The notes: generated by a model from the letters alone, not told the origin. DNA of 32,000 bases from Planctomycetota bacterium (GCA_019456195.1 VRUK01000040.1:1835-33834); one strand, 5' to 3'; positions 9,271-18,439 are shown, numbered from the stretch's first letter. Made by a program: numbers and translations.

Positions 9271-11391
9271 TTACGGTGCCGGTGGATACAGGCGAATATC
9301 ATCGAAGTACATCATACCTGAACCACCTGCTACAGGATTACTTCTGTTACCAAGGCCAAGAGTAATCGAAGTTACATTGGCAAGGTTCACGCCCTGGTCT
9401 GCAAATGCATGCAGGTCGATATTCCATTCGGTCCAGGTAGGTACCTGTGCTGCATCTGGATTATCATTAGTGACCCCTGCAGTACCATTTAGAACAACAT
9501 ACATTGGTTCTGCAGCGTTGGCCGCATCGCCTCTATACCAAATTGTCAATCTGTTTACACCATTTACTGTCCAGTCACTATTTGAAGTCAAGACATAAGT
9601 CGCCTCGGATTTTCCGACAGTGTTATCATAGGACATCGGCATCGACTGAGAACCACTGTTAACAATAGACTGCTCGGCAAAAGGAGGATTAGCATTGCCA
9701 ACGACAGAACCATTTATGGCCGAGTTGTCGAATCCGTCCAGCCAAGCATTAAATATCCTGTTACTGGCCGGGTCGGCGGGGTCAAGGTCATTGTAAGCCT
9801 CGAAATCATCAATGATAAGGAAATTGGCTGTAGTAAAGCTCCAAAGTGGGCCTGTCCACGGGCTGTCGGCGTTGGCGTTGTTGGCCTCATCAACGCGCCA
9901 GTAGTAAGTGGTATCCCATTCAAGCTGTCCGGGGTTGTAGCTCTCGGAACCGAGGTTGCCGGAGCCTTTAAGCTCAAGTGAACCTGCATCGGTTCCGAAG
10001 TAAATTTCATGTGAAGCACCAAGTCCGGGTGTCCAAGTTAGAGTAGGTGTTTGCGTTACATCCACAGCACCGTTGGCTGGGCTTACACTCTGGACGGCGC
10101 CTTCGGTAGTAAAGCTCCAGACATCTCCTTTATGCGTTTCGAGAATATCAAACTCATCGACACGCCAGTAGTAAGTTCTGGCCATTTTAAGCGGGCCGGG
10201 AGTATAGGACGTAGCTCCCTGAGGAAGGCCACCAGCGGCACTGTCCACTTCATCAAAATTGTCGCCGAAGTAAACCGTGTGCAGTTTCGCACCGAAACCT
10301 GCCGTCCAGCTAAGGCTGCCATCAGGATTTACAAGCTCGGTACCATCAGCCGGATCGGGTGCATAGGCTGTCTTGGGGGGAATACTAAAGCTCCATACAT
10401 CGCCTTTCCAGGGGCTGTTCGGTTCAGTGTCATTAACCTCATCGATTCGCCAATAGTAAGTTGTTCCGGGCACAAGACCATCCGGATAAGGAAAGCCGGG
10501 GAAGCCGGCAACAAGAAAGGTGCCGGCTTGGTTGCCTATGAACGTTTCTTCGGCGCCTTTGCTGACAGCATCAAAATTATCGCCGAGGTACACATCGTGT
10601 GAAACTGTATACCCCCCCGGATTCCACGCAATGTTCACCCATGTATCGGCATGCAAGTCACCATCAGCGGGCGTGGGGCCCCAGGCATACGGCCATATCC
10701 GGCCTTGCATAGCGCTGAGAACCTCGACGCCGGTCAAAGCGTGGTCGTACATGCGGACATCGTCGATTAGTCCCGTATAGTAACGCGAGTCGAGAGTGTT
10801 TCCTCCGACAGCGATTACATCGTGTGCATCCAATGGATTACTATTTGCATGATCAAGAGTTTTTTCATGTTCACCATCGATATATATACTGATTTGTTGT
10901 TCCTGTAGGTTTCGAATAGCCGTGACATGCACCCACTGGCCCGTAACAATGTCTCTGTCTGAGTTTACCGACAGGTCCGGGTTTCCACAGAAAAATGAGA
11001 GCTTTGTCCCCAGAACCGCCAGGATAAAATCGTTTGCCACACCCCCGATATCCGACCAAATCAGTCCGCTGCCCTGATAGCCCTGGGCACCCAGACTAAG
11101 ACCGTCTGTGTCTGTTTTTATCCATGCCATTAAAGTAAAGTCATCCTGCACGATACGCGGGACCTCAATATAGTCATCCGTGCCATCACACTCAAGGCCG
11201 CCTCCTGTTTTGCCTGTTGCCCACTTTGGCTCACCATTCATTGTCCCATCGTTGCCATTGCCGGACAAGTCATTCGCCACGCTTCCGGAACCTTCATCAA
11301 GTGTCCAGTGGACTACCAGATCGGATGAGGCGTTACCTGCTAAGCTCAGCACTAAAGCAAAAGAAACAAAATAAATCAATCTCTTAGACAT
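9271..11391 (-). CDS. Secreted LamG/concanavalin-A-like lectin-domain protein with 3 FN3-like repeats and a C-terminal jelly-roll/CBM-like domain (paralogue 1)
   Basis: I chose the start at 11391 (MSKRLIYFVSFALVLSLAGNASS signal peptide, AAGGAGGA RBS) over the track's 11532. It has DLVVHWTLDEGSGSVANDLSGNGNDG and LIDDVRMYDHAL, a LamG-type laminin-G jelly roll. Three tandem modules end in YYWR(I/V)DE...WSF(S/T). The C-terminus is GGSGMMYFDDIRL. Confidence 0.8.
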   Translation of the reverse strand: MSKRLIYFVSFALVLSLAGNASSDLVVHWTLDEGSGSVANDLSGNGNDGTMNGEPKWATGKTGGGLECDGTDDYIEVPRIVQDDFTLMAWIKTDTDGLSLGAQGYQGSGLIWSDIGGVANDFILAVLGTKLSFFCGNPDLSVNSDRDIVTGQWVHVTAIRNLQEQQISIYIDGEHEKTLDHANSNPLDAHDVIAVGGNTLDSRYYTGLIDDVRMYDHALTGVEVLSAMQGRIWPYAWGPTPADGDLHADTWVNIAWNPGGYTVSHDVYLGDNFDAVSKGAEETFIGNQAGTFLVAGFPGFPYPDGLVPGTTYYWRIDEVNDTEPNSPWKGDVWSFSIPPKTAYAPDPADGTELVNPDGSLSWTAGFGAKLHTVYFGDNFDEVDSAAGGLPQGATSYTPGPLKMARTYYWRVDEFDILETHKGDVWSFTTEGAVQSVSPANGAVDVTQTPTLTWTPGLGASHEIYFGTDAGSLELKGSGNLGSESYNPGQLEWDTTYYWRVDEANNANADSPWTGPLWSFTTANFLIIDDFEAYNDLDPADPASNRIFNAWLDGFDNSAINGSVVGNANPPFAEQSIVNSGSQSMPMSYDNTVGKSEATYVLTSNSDWTVNGVNRLTIWYRGDAANAAEPMYVVLNGTAGVTNDNPDAAQVPTWTEWNIDLHAFADQGVNLANVTSITLGLGNRSNPVAGGSGMMYFDDIRLYPPAP
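9829..10680 (-). repeat. Three tandem ~86-100-aa coding repeats (FN3-like modules) inside LamG paralogue 1
   Basis: The modules span 10381-10680, 10105-10362 and 9829-10086. Each has P-x-P-A-(D/N)-G ... L(S/T)W ... (V/I)YFG ... TYYWR(V/I)DE ... G(D/P)(V/L)WSF(S/T)(I/T). Confidence 0.8.
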
Positions 11392-11616
11392 AATAATCCT
11401 CCTTAGAAACAATATAGAGCGCCGATTGAAATGTTCAATATCTTCACTGTGAAACACAAAGCTATTTTTAAAACTCAGTGTCTCACATAATACATATCCT
11501 CCTCTATTCGTTACTTTACAAGAATTGTGCACAGAAAGAATAAAATCCTGGGATGCCAGAACTTACAAGCACAGAACCAACCTCCCTTATACCAAAATAT
11601 CATCGCTGCTGTCAAT

Positions 11617-11649
11617 GAAAAAAGGGCCCATACCGAATTGGTACAGGCC
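11617..11649 (-). terminator. Rho-independent terminator of LamG paralogue 2 (a paralogous copy of the 9181-9218 terminator)
   Basis: On the minus strand GGCCUGUACC-AAUUC-GGUAUGGGCC forms a 10-bp stem with two G.U pairs, followed by CUUUUUUC. It lies 51 nt past the stop codon. The sequence is clearly homologous to the hairpin at 9192-9218. Confidence 0.65.
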
Positions 11650-11699
11650 TCGAATTTACAAATCTACTGCACAATTTTACTTAACGGCTGAATCCATGT

Positions 11700-13814
11700 T
11701 TACGGTGCGGTTATATTCAGTCGAATATCATCGAAGTACATCATACCTGAACCACCAGTAACCGAGCTAAGGCCAAGAGTAATCGAATTGACATTAGCAA
11801 GGTTGACGCCCTGGTCTGCAAAGGCCTGCAGGTCGATATTCCATTGCGTCCAGGAACCTCTCTGGGCTGCATCAGGATTATCATTATTGACTACGGCATT
11901 GCCGTTTAAGGCAACATATAACGTCTCAGCAGCGTTAGCAGAAGCACCCCTGAACCAAATCGTCAATGTGGTGACACCTTTAACCGTCCAGTCCCGATTG
12001 GAAGTCAATGTCAAGGTCGCCTCAGATTTACCAACCGCATTGTCATAGGACATCGGCATCGACTGCAAACCACCATTGACGGTTGATTGCTCGGCAAATG
12101 GAGGATTGGCATTTCCAACAACAGAGCCGTTTGCAGCCGGGTTGTCAAATCCGTCCAGCCAGGCATTAAATATCCTGTTACTGGTCGGGTCGGCTGGGTC
12201 AAGGTCGTTGTAGCTCTCAAAATCGTCAATGATAAGGAAGCTGGCTGTAGTGAAGCTCCAAAGTGGGCCTGTCCACGGGCTGTCGGCGTTGGCGTTATTG
12301 GCTTCATCGACACGCCAGTAGTAAGCGGTATTCCACTCCAACTGTCCGGGTTCAAAGCTCTCTGAGCCGAGGTTTCCACTCCCTTTCAACTCCAGAGAGG
12401 CTGCATCGGCGCCAAAATAGACTTCATGCGAAGCACCAAAGACTCCCGGCGACCAGGTCAGAACAGGTGTCTGCGTTATATCCACAGCGCCATTAGCCGG
12501 ATTAAGTGGTGTAACAGCACCTTCGGTAGTGAAGCTCCAGACATTACCTTTATGCGTTTCGACAACATCAAACTCATCGACGCGCCAGTAGTAAGTCTTG
12601 GCCATTGTAAGTGTGCCGGGGTCATAGGTTGACATTCCCTGTGGGAGACCACCGGCGGCATTGTCAACCTCGTCAAAATTGTCACCAAAATATACATAGT
12701 GCAGTTTAGCACCAAATCCCGGTGTCCAGCCAAGGGTCTCATCTACACCTACAGATTCGGCACCATCAGCCGGGTCGGGCAAATAGCCTGTCTTGGGGGG
12801 AATCATAAAGCTCCAGACAGGACCCACCCAGGGACTGTTCGGCTCGGCGTCATTGACCTCATCGATTCGCCAGTAGTAGGTTGTGCCCGGAATAAGACCG
12901 TCGGGAACAGGAAATCCGGGAAAGCCAACAACAATAAACGTCCCGACCTGGTTGCCCTGGAACGTGCTTTCGGCGCCGGCATTCACATCGTCAAAATTAT
13001 CGCTAAAATATATATCATGCGAGACCGCATACTCTCCCGCCCGCCAGGAAACATTTGCCCACGTATCCGGATTTATGGCACCGTCAGCCGGGTTGGGACC
13101 CAAGGCAAAGGGAAATCCTTCAGCACCCAGCATGGAAGCCTGAATCTCTACCTGATCGAGCGCAGCATCATAGATACGTGCGTCATCTATCAAGCCAACA
13201 AGATAATGCGTCGGCGGGCTCATATCTCTTCCGGCACCAAGCAGTAAGCGGCCGTCACTGGTTTCTATTGAGCCTGTAGTATCCATTGATCCAACTTCTT
13301 CACCATCCAGGTAAATGGGCTTTCTTGTTCCATCGTAAACAGCAGCGACGTGATGCCATTCGCCATCAAACAGACCTGGCGCTGCTATGGCCATCCATGG
13401 GGTTGAAGTGCCGGTTGTCTTAAATCCGAGCTGTTGGTTGGGCCCATTATAGTAAAATGCGAAGGTATCAATATTTGGCCCGCCCCTCATTATAATGCCG
13501 GACCAATCCGGATAGTTAAATTCCGGATCAGGTTTTATCCAGGCTGCGAGTGTAATCTGCTCAGTGATATTATATCCATCTTTACTGCCACAATCCACAT
13601 AATCGTCTCCATCGAGTTCCAGCGCACCCACTATCCAACCTGCTGCCCACGTTGCATCGCCCTCCAGAGTGCCATCATTATTGCCAACAGTTTCTGTAGC
13701 AACGGTGCCGGAACCATCATCAAGCCTCCAGTGAGCCACGAGATCAGCAGAGGCATTACTTGCCAAACTCAGCACCAAAACAAACGAAACCAAACAAATC
13801 AATTTCTTAGACAT
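11700..13814 (-). CDS. Secreted LamG/concanavalin-A-like lectin-domain protein with 3 FN3-like repeats and a C-terminal jelly-roll/CBM-like domain (paralogue 2)
   Basis: The signal peptide is MSKKLICLVSFVLVLSLASNASA. It has DLVAHWRLDDGSGTVA and LIDDARIYDAAL. The C-terminal ~470 aa are roughly 80% identical by eye to the 9271-11391 product. It ends GGSGMMYFDDIRL. Confidence 0.8.
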   Translation of the reverse strand: MSKKLICLVSFVLVLSLASNASADLVAHWRLDDGSGTVATETVGNNDGTLEGDATWAAGWIVGALELDGDDYVDCGSKDGYNITEQITLAAWIKPDPEFNYPDWSGIIMRGGPNIDTFAFYYNGPNQQLGFKTTGTSTPWMAIAAPGLFDGEWHHVAAVYDGTRKPIYLDGEEVGSMDTTGSIETSDGRLLLGAGRDMSPPTHYLVGLIDDARIYDAALDQVEIQASMLGAEGFPFALGPNPADGAINPDTWANVSWRAGEYAVSHDIYFSDNFDDVNAGAESTFQGNQVGTFIVVGFPGFPVPDGLIPGTTYYWRIDEVNDAEPNSPWVGPVWSFMIPPKTGYLPDPADGAESVGVDETLGWTPGFGAKLHYVYFGDNFDEVDNAAGGLPQGMSTYDPGTLTMAKTYYWRVDEFDVVETHKGNVWSFTTEGAVTPLNPANGAVDITQTPVLTWSPGVFGASHEVYFGADAASLELKGSGNLGSESFEPGQLEWNTAYYWRVDEANNANADSPWTGPLWSFTTASFLIIDDFESYNDLDPADPTSNRIFNAWLDGFDNPAANGSVVGNANPPFAEQSTVNGGLQSMPMSYDNAVGKSEATLTLTSNRDWTVKGVTTLTIWFRGASANAAETLYVALNGNAVVNNDNPDAAQRGSWTQWNIDLQAFADQGVNLANVNSITLGLSSVTGGSGMMYFDDIRLNITAP
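12246..13100 (-). repeat. Three tandem FN3-like coding repeats inside LamG paralogue 2
   Basis: The module signature is the same as at 9829-10680: GPNPADG...YYWRIDE...WSFMI, LPDPADG...YYWRVDE...WSFTT and LNPANG...YYWRVDE...WSFTT. Confidence 0.8.
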
Positions 13815-13935
13815 AATGTCCCTTTCCTCTAAAAAGTAACAACGGCAAAAACTTTCAGCTCATTTTACTGCAACAGATAATCCGTTACTAAGCAACTTAT
13901 CCATCACGGCCAGCAGGTCATCAATGCCAATCTAA

Positions 13936-15549
13936 CTATTGAATCTCATAAGCCCCGGCCGGACACAGGTTAATATCATCAATAAATACAATGTCCCTGT
14001 CGTCGCCCTCCTGTCCTGAATTTGTTTCGTCTCCGAAGCCAATAGTGCACTTTTTGACAGAACTCAAGTCAACGCCCGCATCACTGAACTGACCAAGAGC
14101 AAAAGTCCACTGGCGCCATGTATCAGTCTGACATGCATAGGTAAACGGATGCTCAACCTTCAAGCTTTGGCCGGCGGTATCTTCCAGTATTAAATACATC
14201 AGGTGCTCGCTATTTTCTTTTTCACCGACAAAAGACAACGACAAGGCCTCTACACCACGAGCAGTCCAATCTTGAGGACTGTCAAACGTTCGTGTGGCCT
14301 GAGTAAAATAAGGTTCAAAATGATTTTGCAATTCAAACCGGATAGAGTTGTTCCCCACGGCATCCGTCGCAAGAAAGACGTAATCCCAATCGGAAATGTT
14401 ATCAACCCATGCAGCCATAAGACCGGCGTCGTCTGAATATGCATCAAAGTCCTCAGCGCTCATACAATCAGCCGCGGTAAATGTCCAGGTGCGGCCTGTG
14501 ACAGGACCTGATGTACCAATTTGATCAATCCGCCATTCATAAGTCTGGCCGAATTCAAATGTCCCGGGGTCAAAGGCGGTACCTTCCGGGGACTGCTCAA
14601 TCTTTTCCATAGCTCCCTTTTTGCCGAACCACAAATCACGCGAAGTAGAAAATTCCGCCTCAAGCCAGCTAAGGTCAGCATCAATAGACACCGCCGCCGC
14701 ACCATCAGCAGGGCTGGGATTCACCGCTGCCGGACCGTCTGAAACAGAAAAGACATCATCAAATGTAGTATGGTAACCTACCGGCTCATCATTTTCATTC
14801 TGCGCGAAGATCGCGCTTTTACCATCCGCAAAGACCTCATCATGCACATCCGGGTCTTCCCAGGGGTCGTTACCATTGGTGTCCACCATCGTCGCGGTCT
14901 TCACTACCAATGGGCCGCCTTTATACTCATAGATACTACCAGTAACGTACACAGGCCCCGAACCGACAACATCCAGCTCAGCATAGTAGCTCCTTGCGTG
15001 GTTGAGGCCCGGTGCAGCAACTTCCAATCCCAATGCTCCTTCGTTCCTCATGATATTTTGCATATTGACGACCTTCTCGATATCAATTCTCATATTGGCC
15101 GGACCGTCTTCCCAGTTTATGTGCATAACATAGACCTGAGGTGTAAACAAACCAGGTGCAACGCCGGTTATTGATCCATCCGGGTCAATGATATAGACCG
15201 CCCTTGCGATTAAGCCGTGGTGATTCCGTGAGGCATCACCGGTAACATTTACGACAGCCCCGACACGGACATCGGTAAAGACTTCGTCGCTGCCGAATCC
15301 GGCGCCGAATGCCGAGCCGCCAATTCCAACTGGACTTGTCTCACCCAGACTTAAGTATTTGTTGCCGTTCGGGTCTGCCTCAACGGTATTTGTGAACGTT
15401 TTGGCCACATCCGGGAAGGGAAGGAATTGCCAGGTTGCCAGGTCAAGCTCATCGCCGTCGAAAGTTTCCGACCAGTTGGCCTGTAAAGTGCCGTTTACTG
15501 CCAAACCTACGACTACACAAATTACTACTGACTTTGCTAATTTAGACAT
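13936..15549 (-). CDS. Secreted lectin/glucanase-fold-like protein with one FN3-like module and a related C-terminal jelly-roll/CBM-like domain
   Basis: The signal peptide is MSKLAKSVVICVVVGLAVNGTLQA. One module (nt 14476-14721: NPSPADG...LSW...WFG...TYEWRIDQ...TWTFT) is homologous to the repeats in the two LamG genes. The C-terminal AEDFDAYSDD...IVFIDDINL parallels IIDDFEAYNDLD...MYFDDIRL. The N-terminal domain assignment is tentative. Confidence 0.65.
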   Translation of the reverse strand: MSKLAKSVVICVVVGLAVNGTLQANWSETFDGDELDLATWQFLPFPDVAKTFTNTVEADPNGNKYLSLGETSPVGIGGSAFGAGFGSDEVFTDVRVGAVVNVTGDASRNHHGLIARAVYIIDPDGSITGVAPGLFTPQVYVMHINWEDGPANMRIDIEKVVNMQNIMRNEGALGLEVAAPGLNHARSYYAELDVVGSGPVYVTGSIYEYKGGPLVVKTATMVDTNGNDPWEDPDVHDEVFADGKSAIFAQNENDEPVGYHTTFDDVFSVSDGPAAVNPSPADGAAAVSIDADLSWLEAEFSTSRDLWFGKKGAMEKIEQSPEGTAFDPGTFEFGQTYEWRIDQIGTSGPVTGRTWTFTAADCMSAEDFDAYSDDAGLMAAWVDNISDWDYVFLATDAVGNNSIRFELQNHFEPYFTQATRTFDSPQDWTARGVEALSLSFVGEKENSEHLMYLILEDTAGQSLKVEHPFTYACQTDTWRQWTFALGQFSDAGVDLSSVKKCTIGFGDETNSGQEGDDRDIVFIDDINLCPAGAYEIQ

Positions 15550-15685
15550 AATAGCTCTCCATTAAAGGTGAAAAGACAAACGGATAATCATCTTCACATC
15601 CACTATTGATGTTTGTTTCAGAGAATATTTTATGACTTGTCACTACCTCCTTCCTTGCAAAAGACAACTATGAACTACTGACTGA

Positions 15686-15714
15686 AATGTAAAAAACTTG
15701 ATTCCTCCTGTCAA
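15686..15714 (-). promoter_or_regulatory. Candidate sigma-70 promoter for the 13936-15549 gene
   Basis: On the minus strand: TTGACA (15709-15714), a 17-nt spacer, then TACATT (15686-15691). This would give a ~130-nt leader. It is a motif match only. Confidence 0.3.
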
Positions 15715-15743
15715 ATAAAACCTGCAAACCAAAACCAGGTACG

Positions 15744-15769
15744 CACGCCCATATGACACGCCCATATGA
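15744..15769. repeat. Perfect 13-bp tandem direct repeat CACGCCCATATGA x2
   Basis: Read directly from the sequence: 15744-15756 equals 15757-15769. Each copy contains the palindrome CATATG. It lies ~30 bp upstream of the candidate -35 element. Confidence 0.9.
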
Positions 15770-15981
15770 ATCGAACAGGACAGTCTCTTACGCCAGTATA
15801 AGCTTTATTATCTATATTTATACTAAATCAACAGCCAGTTCGTCAAGAAAAATTTATACAAAACCACTACCGGGCAAGCATTCGCCCAACAGCAATAAAA
15901 AACTGCAATCCCCAACCATATCACCTGTGTAATCGGTTGCATGGCTTGTCTCGGCGAAGGCCGAACCGCAACGGAAGGAAA

Positions 15982-16497
15982 TCATTGTGTTAATTTAAGA
16001 GCATATTCAACAGAAAGGCGTCTGCCGTTAGGGCACAGACAAGTTACCTGCAATATATAACTTTGGTTCACATCCAGCTCAAAGGGTAAATCGAATTCGT
16101 AAGCCCTTAAAAAATCCCGCCAGTATTCATGATTTAAGGCCGGCTCAGTTAAGTCGATATCCTGCCAAATAACCGCCCTCTTTCCCTTTGGCTCAGCCGA
16201 GCGCAAAGCTCTTTGGTATAATTCAAATCGAAATATACCCGGTGATTTTATCTGACAGCCAAAAGAATCAATCAAGCTGACGTATGGCTTTATACTAATC
16301 TGCCGGGTATTGTCGGTGTTGATAAATTCAGTTAACGGCATAATATTGATTCTGTCTGGGGCAAAACGAGAATAAGCATAAATTTTATTAAAATCATTAT
16401 CAGCCTTCGATGTACGTCCCGTCAACTGTCCACAACCGGCAGCAGCCAAAATAAATATAAATAACAATATCCGGAATACCACGGTAGCAACCTTCAT
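15982..16497 (-). CDS. Hypothetical lipoprotein (171 aa)
   Basis: The signal peptide has a lipobox (ILAAAGC). The gene starts 6 nt after the ribBA stop, so it is probably co-transcribed. I recognise no family. Confidence 0.6.
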   Translation of the reverse strand: MKVATVVFRILLFIFILAAAGCGQLTGRTSKADNDFNKIYAYSRFAPDRINIMPLTEFINTDNTRQISIKPYVSLIDSFGCQIKSPGIFRFELYQRALRSAEPKGKRAVIWQDIDLTEPALNHEYWRDFLRAYEFDLPFELDVNQSYILQVTCLCPNGRRLSVEYALKLTQ

Positions 16498-16503
16498 AAA
16501 TTA

Positions 16504-17742
16504 TTAATCCTCGTCAAGCATATGCCCAAGGCGGCTTTTTTTCGTTTTCAAATAATCGATATTGTGCTTACTCGGTTCAGCCTTTAACGGTATCTGCTCA
16601 ACAATCTTAATACCATAAACCTCAAGACGATTAATTTTCTTCGGATTGTTTGTCAGGATGCGTACTTTCCTGAGCCCCAAATCACGACAGATTTGAGCCC
16701 CGATTCCATAATCGCGCTTGTCGGCCATAAATCCCAGCTCCAAATTGGCATCAACAGTGTCAAGTCCCTGCTCCTGAAGTTTATAAGCTCGGAGTTTGTT
16801 TGACAGACCGATGCCTCTTCCCTCCTGCCGCAGATAAATCAAAGCACCTTTGCCGGCCTCTTCGATCATCTTCATTGCGGTTATCAACTGGTAGCCGCAT
16901 TCGCACCTCTGCGAATGAAACAAATCACCGGTCATACATTCCGAATGTACTCTGACTAACAGCGGCTCATCGTGCTCTATGGGTTTTCCATTGTCGTCGA
17001 GCCGGCCAACACCGCCTTTGCATAACGCCAGATGTGGCTCGGCCGAAGTTATGCTCTCATAGCCAATGAGAGAAAATTCTCCGTAGTCTGTAGGTAAATT
17101 GACGCTCTCAAGACGCTTGATTTGACTTTCTCGCTGGAGACGATATTCTACGAGTTTCGAAATCGAAGCGATTTTAAGATTGTGCTTTTCGCAGAATTTC
17201 AGCAGATCGGGCACTCGTGCCATCGAGCCGTCTTCGTTCATAATCTCACAGATGACACCGGCGGGCTTTAGGCAAGCAAGGCGCATCAAATCAATTGCAC
17301 CTTCCGTCTGGCCGGCCCGAACCAGTACACCGCCTTCACGTGCCCGAAGGGGAAATATATGGCCGGGACGAACAAGAATACTCGACCTGGCATCATCTGC
17401 AATAGCCGCCAGAATTGTCCGTGCTCTGTCTACGGCGCTTATACCCGTAGTTACTCCTTTGGCGGCGTCAATGCTGACAGTAAAAGCCGTTCCGAATTGA
17501 GCGGTATTATCAACAGTCTGTGGATACAAGCCAAGCAAATCACATTTCTCGGCGGTCAGGGGCAGACAAATAAGACCCCGGCCATACGTAGCCATAAAAT
17601 TAATAATCTCAGGTGTTGCCTTTTCGGCGGCGCAAACAAGATCGCCTTCGTTCTCACGGTCTTCGGCGTCAACAAGGACAATCATCTCGCCACGACGAAG
17701 ATCTTCCAAAACCTCGGGGATTTCGCTAAATTGTACAGCCAC
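16504..17742 (-). CDS. ribBA: Bifunctional 3,4-dihydroxy-2-butanone-4-phosphate synthase / GTP cyclohydrolase II
   Basis: The N-terminal half, GEMIVLVDAEDRENEGDLVCAAE...HIFPLRAREGGVLVRAGQTEG, is RibB-like. The C-terminal half, VRVHSECMTGDLFHSQRCECGYQL...LRQEGRGIGL, is RibA-like. Confidence 0.95.
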   Translation of the reverse strand: MAVQFSEIPEVLEDLRRGEMIVLVDAEDRENEGDLVCAAEKATPEIINFMATYGRGLICLPLTAEKCDLLGLYPQTVDNTAQFGTAFTVSIDAAKGVTTGISAVDRARTILAAIADDARSSILVRPGHIFPLRAREGGVLVRAGQTEGAIDLMRLACLKPAGVICEIMNEDGSMARVPDLLKFCEKHNLKIASISKLVEYRLQRESQIKRLESVNLPTDYGEFSLIGYESITSAEPHLALCKGGVGRLDDNGKPIEHDEPLLVRVHSECMTGDLFHSQRCECGYQLITAMKMIEEAGKGALIYLRQEGRGIGLSNKLRAYKLQEQGLDTVDANLELGFMADKRDYGIGAQICRDLGLRKVRILTNNPKKINRLEVYGIKIVEQIPLKAEPSKHNIDYLKTKKSRLGHMLDED

Positions 17743-17809
17743 TTTTTTGTCCCGTACTTAACATTATGTATTTCGTATTTCGTGAATCACCATCTTTGGA
17801 TACTGTTAT

Positions 17810-18439
17810 CTAAGAGCTATTGTTCATCAGGCTTTGTTCATACTGCTCAATATATCGGTTTCCGTTGCGAATGTAAATAAGAGTTGCCAAAATAGCTGTC
17901 CCCGCAGCCGACCACCAAAGAAGCCGCAAGAACCAAATCCAGCCGGGTAAAATACCAGAAACCTCAGGTGCAATCAGGATTCCCGTCACCATCGACAACT
18001 GCAGTGCCGTAGCAAGCTTGCCGATAAAGACCGGAACGATATGAATCTGTGAAGTAATAAAATAAATAATAGTAAAACCGATAAACAAAACCAGGTCCTT
18101 GCCGATAATCAAAACCACAACCGTCGGCGGCAGCAGGAAATCCTGGACTTGTCCACGCTGTGAAGCCAACAACAAACACGCACAGGTTATAAGCAGCTTG
18201 TCGGCAATCGGGTCAAGAAACGCTCCAAGCTCTGTAACCTGCTTTTTTCTGCGAGCCAAATAACCGTCAATGGCGTCGCTAATCGCCATAACCAAAAAAA
18301 TAACAATTGCAACATAGCGCATTGCGTTCTGTGCGCCTGTACTAAGTTCCGGATCATTTGTCTTCAACATAAAGCTGACAAATGGAGCTATCAACAATAT
18401 CCTTAAAATCGTAATGCGACTGGCCAAACTCAGCTTCAT
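17810..18439 (-). CDS. pgsA: CDP-alcohol phosphatidyltransferase, probably CDP-diacylglycerol--glycerol-3-phosphate 3-phosphatidyltransferase
   Basis: The motif DGx2ARx8Gx3Dx3D is present as DAIDGYLARRKKQVTELGAFLDPIADK. Multiple TM helices are present. Confidence 0.85.
   Translation of the reverse strand: MKLSLASRITILRILLIAPFVSFMLKTNDPELSTGAQNAMRYVAIVIFLVMAISDAIDGYLARRKKQVTELGAFLDPIADKLLITCACLLLASQRGQVQDFLLPPTVVVLIIGKDLVLFIGFTIIYFITSQIHIVPVFIGKLATALQLSMVTGILIAPEVSGILPGWIWFLRLLWWSAAGTAILATLIYIRNGNRYIEQYEQSLMNNSS

Noticed and set aside
11392-11532. A 47-codon 5' extension of the LamG paralogue 1 ORF given in the track
   Set aside because: The internal ATG at 11391 has a strong AAGGAGGA RBS and begins a canonical signal peptide that matches the paralogue's N-terminus. 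The extension is AT-rich leader sequence.
13815-13935. A sigma-70 or ECF promoter upstream of LamG paralogue 2
   Set aside because: The only candidates (TTAGTA-18-TAAAAT, TTGCTT with a 22-nt spacer) are poor matches. I could not support a call.
15930-15981. A terminator downstream of the ribBA-lipoprotein operon (TCGGC-GAAG-GCCGA hairpin)
   Set aside because: The stem is only 5 bp and no U-tract follows it on the minus strand, which is insufficient support.
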